The position numbers and the translations under genes are program-made. Of a stretch of 32,507 nucleotides of DNA, positions 32,464 through 32,507 are shown piece by piece; the stretch's first letter is position 1; every line of letters starts with the position of its first letter. A model generated the notes under the pieces. The model was not told the DNA's origin and did not search any database. It saw only the letters and a program-made list of their open reading frames with translations. The stretch comes from a virus. Where the stretch lies: positions 1-32,507 of the IMG/VR virus record IMGVR_UViG_3300045988_106777; one strand, 5' to 3'.

Positions 32464-32507
32464 TGCTCCACCTCCATCTGGTTGCGCAGCCTGCGGACAT
32501 GGCGCAC
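32453..32507. repeat. Terminal direct repeat copy 2 (identical to 1..55)
   Basis: Exact 55-bp identity with the window start. Confidence 0.95.

Larger units (their letters stand above)
1..32507. mobile_element. Complete circular temperate siphovirus-type phage / excised prophage genome (about 32.45 kb unique)
   Basis: Lysogeny module (integrase, cI-like repressor, divergent cro-like gene, Xis-like HTH). Replication module. HNH-TerS-TerL-portal-MuF-scaffold-MCP-connectors-tail-TMP-Dit-Tal-fibre-lysis order. Identical 55 bp at both window ends, and an ORF (dUTPase) that is only completed by joining the ends. Confidence 0.85.

Overview
The window appears to be one complete, circularly closed genome of a temperate siphovirus-type phage (or excised prophage). 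It has about 32.45 kb of unique sequence, and bases 1-55 are identical to 32453-32507.

Gene order:
- Almost all genes are on the minus strand. Only the cI/LexA-like repressor (10704..11351) and the tyrosine integrase (11445..12575) are clearly on the plus strand, followed by an attP-like repeat field.
- Early operon (10592 down to 1, wrapping to 31047): cro-like gene, a 561-bp ORF-free structured element, Xis-like HTH, small proteins, Gp157-like protein, AAA_24/Sak4-like ATPase, DUF669, ERCC4-like nuclease, Prim-Pol/P4-type primase-helicase, an AT-rich iteron region (likely ori), zinc-ribbon proteins, Lar-like protein, HTH, C5-methyltransferase, dUTPase (spans the junction), DUF3310-like protein and a sigma-region-4-like late regulator.
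- Late operon (about 31000 down to 12907): HNH, cos-like G-tract region, TerS, TerL, portal, MuF, scaffold, HK97-fold capsid, connector proteins, major tail protein, G/G-T chaperone with an A_AAA_AAC slippery site, tape measure, Dit, Tal-like protein, fibre, then the lysis genes.

Most interesting observations:
1. The helix-dense non-coding element downstream of cro.
2. A small hydrophobic ORF with a terminator-capped antisense unit over its RBS (type I TA-like).
3. A holin-like 2-TMD module fused in frame to a signal-anchored amidase.
4. An opposite-strand moron-like island between the fibre and lysis genes.
5. An S24 repressor with both catalytic residues replaced.
6. An anti-restriction cluster containing an expanded-TRD methyltransferase.
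7. Several intrinsic terminators inside the late operon.

Limits: all functional calls come from motif recognition by eye. No database search, folding program or statistics could be run, so starts and family names are provisional.
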